64,000 nucleotides of DNA from Lysobacterales bacterium (GTDB lineage Bacteria; Pseudomonadota; Gammaproteobacteria; Xanthomonadales; Xanthomonadaceae): NCBI GenBank assembly GCA_019510195.1, contig JAEKKW010000056.1, forward strand, positions 35,309 through 99,308. Direction: 5' to 3'. Every line of letters begins with the position of its first letter. Position 1 is the stretch's first letter. The position numbers and the translations under genes are program-made. Of the stretch, positions 58,682-64,000 are shown piece after piece. Below the pieces are notes generated by a model. The model was given only the letters and a program-made list of their open reading frames with translations, made no database searches and was not told the DNA's origin.

Positions 58682-59645
58682 TTGAACTCCGCGGCCGGAC
58701 TGCAGGCGATCGGCTGGCCCTCGCAGCCGGGCCCGGAGTGGCTGGACCTGCTGGCGCGGCACCCGGCCGCACGACCGGCGCGCGTGGTGGAGCAGCATCG
58801 CAGCGGTTATCGCTTGGCGGACGGCCCGGAAACCGAGCTTTTTTCCGCGGAATCGCCGCCGGAATGGCAGCGCAACCTCAAGGACTCCCTGCAGCGCGCC
58901 GGTGTCGGCGACTGGGTGCTGGTCGAAGGTGGCCAGATCGTCGCGCTGTTGCCGCGCCGTTCGGCATTGAAACGCGGTGCCGCCGGCGAGCATTACAAGC
59001 AGCAGCTGATCGCCGCCAACATCGATACCGCCTTCGTCGTGACCGGACTCGATGCCGACTTCAATCCGCGCCGGATCGAACGCTACCTGCTGCTGGTGCA
59101 AGGTGGCGGGATCGAGCCGGTCGTGGTGTTGACCAAGACCGACAAGGGCGGCGATGTCGAAGCCGCATTGGCGGCGTTGCAGGCGATCCGCGACGAAGGC
59201 GTCGCCGTGCACGCGGTGAATGCCAAGGATGCGGGTGGGATCGAGCGGTGCCGGCAAGTCGACCATCACCAATACCCTGCTCGGCAACGACCGGATGAGG
59301 ACCGGCGAGGTGCGCGCCAGCGATTCGCGCGGCCGCCACACCACGACGCATCGCGCGCTGCTGCCGCTGCCATCGGGCGCCTGCCTGATCGACACCCCGG
59401 GCATGCGCGAACTCAAGCCGACCGGCGAGGAAAAGCCCGATCGTTCCGTCTTCGCCGACATCGATGCGCTCGCCGGACAGTGCCGCTTCCGCGACTGCAA
59501 GCACGAACGCGAACCCGGCTGCGCGGTGCGCGCGGCGATCGAAGCGGGCACGCTCGATCCCGATCGCGTCGCCAACTGGCGCAAGTTGAGGGATGAAGTC
59601 GACGTCGCGGCCCGTACGCTGGAGTCGCGCCGTGGCCGTCGTTGA
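58682..59645 (+). pseudogene. rsgA: Ribosome small-subunit-dependent GTPase A, split by a frameshifting internal deletion just before the P-loop
   Basis: Track ORF 58682..59596 (TTG start) encodes the OB-fold N-terminus and the permuted G4 motif (VVVLTKTDK), up to VNAKDAGGIE. Track ORF 59220..59645, in another frame, encodes VGSSGAGKSTITNTLLG...DSRGRHTTTHRAL...IDTPGMRE...CRFRDCKHEREPGCAV (P-loop, G2/G3, zinc knuckle). The frames switch at 59235-59245. Confidence 0.85.
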
Positions 59646-60900
59646 ACTGACGCCGGAACAGCAACGCTACGCCGCGCTCGACGCGCGACTGGTGCAGGCG
59701 GCGCGCGGGCTGCGCCTGCTCAACATGGTGAGCTGGCCGGCCAGCCTGCAGCAGCCTTATCTGGAAGCCTGGGCCGCGGGACGCAAGGTCAACCCCGAGA
59801 TCGAATATCCGAAACACGATTTCAGCGACGCCCGCCGCGAGCTGGAAGCGATCGCCGGCGAATCCGAGCCCGGCAATCCGCTCGGCGATTACCTGATCGA
59901 GAACGCGCACAGCTGGTCGCTGGCGGCGGAATTGCTGGAAAATCTCGGCACGCCGCGCGTCACCGATCTCTCCGTCCAGTTGTTCGGCAAGCCCGACGAG
60001 CAACTTCCGGGCGATGGCCCGAGCACGCTGGAGGCCGCGCGCCATTTCATCGGCATTGCCTCCGAGCTCGATCGCGAACTGCTGGCGCCGGCGGAAACGG
60101 TGCCGATCTCCGCGACCGCGCTGGCATTGCAGTTGCAGAATGATCTCGATGATTTCTTCGATGGCCGCGTCATCAGCGTCGAGCTCGATCCACAGTTGAT
60201 CGCCAAGGCCGCCGCCGCGGCGACCCGCATCCGCCTGCGCACCAACGCCACCTTCAGCGATTACGACCGCTCGCAATTGCTGCAGCACGAGGCCTTCGTC
60301 CATTCGCTGACCGCGCTCAACGGCCGCGAGCAGCCGGTGCTGAAGAGCCTCGAATTGTCGTCACCGCGCGTCACCGCGACCCAGGAAGGGCTCGCCACCT
60401 TCGCCGAACAGATCACCGGCAGCACCGACATCGAGCGCATGAAGCGCGTCAGCCTGCGCATCGAAGCGGTGGCGATGGCGCTCGCCGGCGCCGATTTCGT
60501 CCAGGTCTTCCAGTACTTCATCGATGCCGGCCAGGACCTGCAGGAAAGTTTCGCTTCGGCGCAGCGGGTATTCCGCGGCGTGCCGACCACCGGCGGCATG
60601 GCCTTCACCAAGGACACCGTCTACCTGCGCGGATTGGTGGCGGTGCATACCTTCTTCCGCTGGACGTTGCGCCAGGACCGCCTGCGCCTGTGCCGCCTGT
60701 TGTTCGCCGGCAAGATGACGCTGCAGGACATCCAGCGCTTCGAACCGCTGTTCGCCGACGGCACCCTGGCGCCGCCGCGCTGGCTGCCGCGCTGGGTGGC
60801 GCGCGCGAACGGCCTGGCCGGCGTGCTGGCGTTCTCGCTGTTCGCCAACCGCATCCACCTCGACCAGATCACCGATCGCTTCGATCTCGCGGATTTCTAG
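59632..60900 (+). CDS. DUF1704 / QEGLA-motif protein (flavohaemoglobin expression-modulating, putative carboxypeptidase-like)
   Basis: Track ORF 59593..60900. I prefer GTG 59632 ((M)AVVELTPEQQRYAALDARL), but ATG 59593 is possible. HEAFVHSLT and TATQEGLATFAE (QEGLA motif). Confidence 0.75.
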   Translation: MAVVELTPEQQRYAALDARLVQAARGLRLLNMVSWPASLQQPYLEAWAAGRKVNPEIEYPKHDFSDARRELEAIAGESEPGNPLGDYLIENAHSWSLAAELLENLGTPRVTDLSVQLFGKPDEQLPGDGPSTLEAARHFIGIASELDRELLAPAETVPISATALALQLQNDLDDFFDGRVISVELDPQLIAKAAAAATRIRLRTNATFSDYDRSQLLQHEAFVHSLTALNGREQPVLKSLELSSPRVTATQEGLATFAEQITGSTDIERMKRVSLRIEAVAMALAGADFVQVFQYFIDAGQDLQESFASAQRVFRGVPTTGGMAFTKDTVYLRGLVAVHTFFRWTLRQDRLRLCRLLFAGKMTLQDIQRFEPLFADGTLAPPRWLPRWVARANGLAGVLAFSLFANRIHLDQITDRFDLADF

Positions 60901-60975
60901 GGATTCGCTGCGTCCATGCGTCGGCGTCCGGGCCTTCCGCGCTAGAATTGCGTGACACACAGCGATCCCAAGATG

Positions 60976-63232
<2,257 letters not shown>

Positions 63233-63237
63233 TCGAC

Positions 63238-64000
63238 ATGGCAGGCCAGCGCCGCCACGCGCTCAACGTGATCGCCTGGAGCAACGGCGTCGGCCTGACC
63301 CGCGACATCGAATTGCTCGCCGCGGCGTTGCGGCGCGCCGGTGATTCGGTGACGATCAGCGCGATCGGGCGCGGCAAGCTGCGCAAATGGTCGCGGCCGG
63401 TCTTGATGCGGATGCGCGCGCTGGCGCATCGCCTGTCCGGGCGTTCGAAATTCGATGCCAACCTGATGCTGGAACACGTGCGCCCGGAGGATTTCGGCGT
63501 GGCGCAACGGCAATTGTTCGTGCCGAACCCCGAGTGGTGCCTGCCATCGGATGTCGCCCTGCTGCCGCGCATCGACGGCATCCTCGCCAAGACCCGCCAT
63601 GCGATCGCCATTTTCGAGGCGCGGGGTTGCAAGGTCGCGTATTGCGGGTTCACCAGCGGTGATCGCCTGGATGCGTCGGTGGCGCGCGAACGCGCGTTCT
63701 TCCATCTCGCCGGGCGCAGTTCCAACAAGGGCACGCAGCGCCTGATCGCGCTGTGGCAGCGCCACCCGCAGTGGCCGACGCTGACCGTGCTGCAGAGTCC
63801 GCGCACGGCGCAAGCGATCGAGCCGCCAGCCGCCAACATCATCCATCGCATCGACTACATCGACGATGCCGAGTTGCAGCGGATGCAGAACGCGCACCGT
63901 TTCCACCTGTGTCCGTCGGAAACCGAAGGCTTCGGCCACTACATCGTCGAGGCGATGAGCGTTGGCGCGATCGTGGTGTCCACCGATGGCGAGCCGATGA
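63238..64000 (+). CDS. Glycosyltransferase family 1 (GT4-like), 5-prime part; continues past the right window edge
   Basis: Not in the ORF track (no stop within the window). Hand translation from ATG 63238: MAGQRRHALNVIAWSNGVGLTRDIELLAAALRRAGDSV...FHLAGRSSNKGTQRLIALW...FHLCPSETEGFGHYIVEAMSVGAIVVSTDGEPM (E-x7-E motif). The frame is open for all 254 codons. Confidence 0.75.
   Translation, partial: MAGQRRHALNVIAWSNGVGLTRDIELLAAALRRAGDSVTISAIGRGKLRKWSRPVLMRMRALAHRLSGRSKFDANLMLEHVRPEDFGVAQRQLFVPNPEWCLPSDVALLPRIDGILAKTRHAIAIFEARGCKVAYCGFTSGDRLDASVARERAFFHLAGRSSNKGTQRLIALWQRHPQWPTLTVLQSPRTAQAIEPPAANIIHRIDYIDDAELQRMQNAHRFHLCPSETEGFGHYIVEAMSVGAIVVSTDGEPM

Noticed and set aside
59225-59260. Programmed ribosomal frameshifting as an explanation for the rsgA, maeB or grx frame changes
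   Set aside because: There is no slippery heptamer, stimulatory hairpin or conserved recoding context at any junction. In each case conserved residues are physically missing, which recoding cannot restore.
59220-59645. 141-aa ORF as an independent small GTPase, and ORF 61199..63232 (TTG start) as an intact N-terminally short malic enzyme
   Set aside because: Both begin in the middle of conserved domains whose missing N-terminal parts are encoded immediately upstream in another frame. Split genes are the simpler reading.

Overview
This is a very GC-rich, gene-dense chromosomal core region with about 65 genes and almost no intergenic space. The protein sequences and gene order look like a Xanthomonadales/Lysobacterales-type gammaproteobacterium (Rhodanobacter/Dyella/Xanthomonas-like). 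That taxon call, and every function call below, comes from by-eye motif recognition. No database search was run.

Content is housekeeping:
- tyrS, gpmI-envC-ctp, a rhomboid protease, a FadL-type porin and putA.
- A complete aa3 cytochrome c oxidase plus haem A biogenesis supercluster: coxB-ctaD-microORF-ctaG-coxC, a DUF2909-like gene, then surf1, an SCO-like gene, ctaA and ctaB.
- rpsU-yqeY-GNAT-dnaG.
- tsaD-folB-folK with a convergent pteridine reductase.
- A long minus-strand block: cytochrome c4, three tandem DsbA paralogues, an EEP protein, slt and cca.
- engB, a GH13 amylase, gshA-frmA-fghA and ppc.
- A DegV / unknown / PP-loop ATPase cluster, and two secreted amidohydrolases.
- grx-rhodanese with an FAD monooxygenase, and alaA-SGNH-methyltransferase.
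- rsgA, maeB, and the start of a glycosyltransferase.

I saw no rRNA, tRNA, CRISPR, transposase, integrase or recognisable defence genes. I did not find a convincing novel multi-gene system.

The observations most worth a second look are:
1. Four conserved genes (coxB, a monothiol-glutaredoxin/rhodanese gene, rsgA, maeB) each carry an internal deletion. Three of these shift the frame. Two of the junctions read sensibly in both frames, which is the signature of a microhomology deletion or of assembly collapse.
2. An orphan 218-aa GyrB/ParE C-terminal (Toprim plus tail) protein keeps its catalytic acidic residues.
3. A DegV + unknown 113-aa + Dph6-like PP-loop ATPase cluster.
4. A triple DsbA array, two of whose members are lipoproteins.
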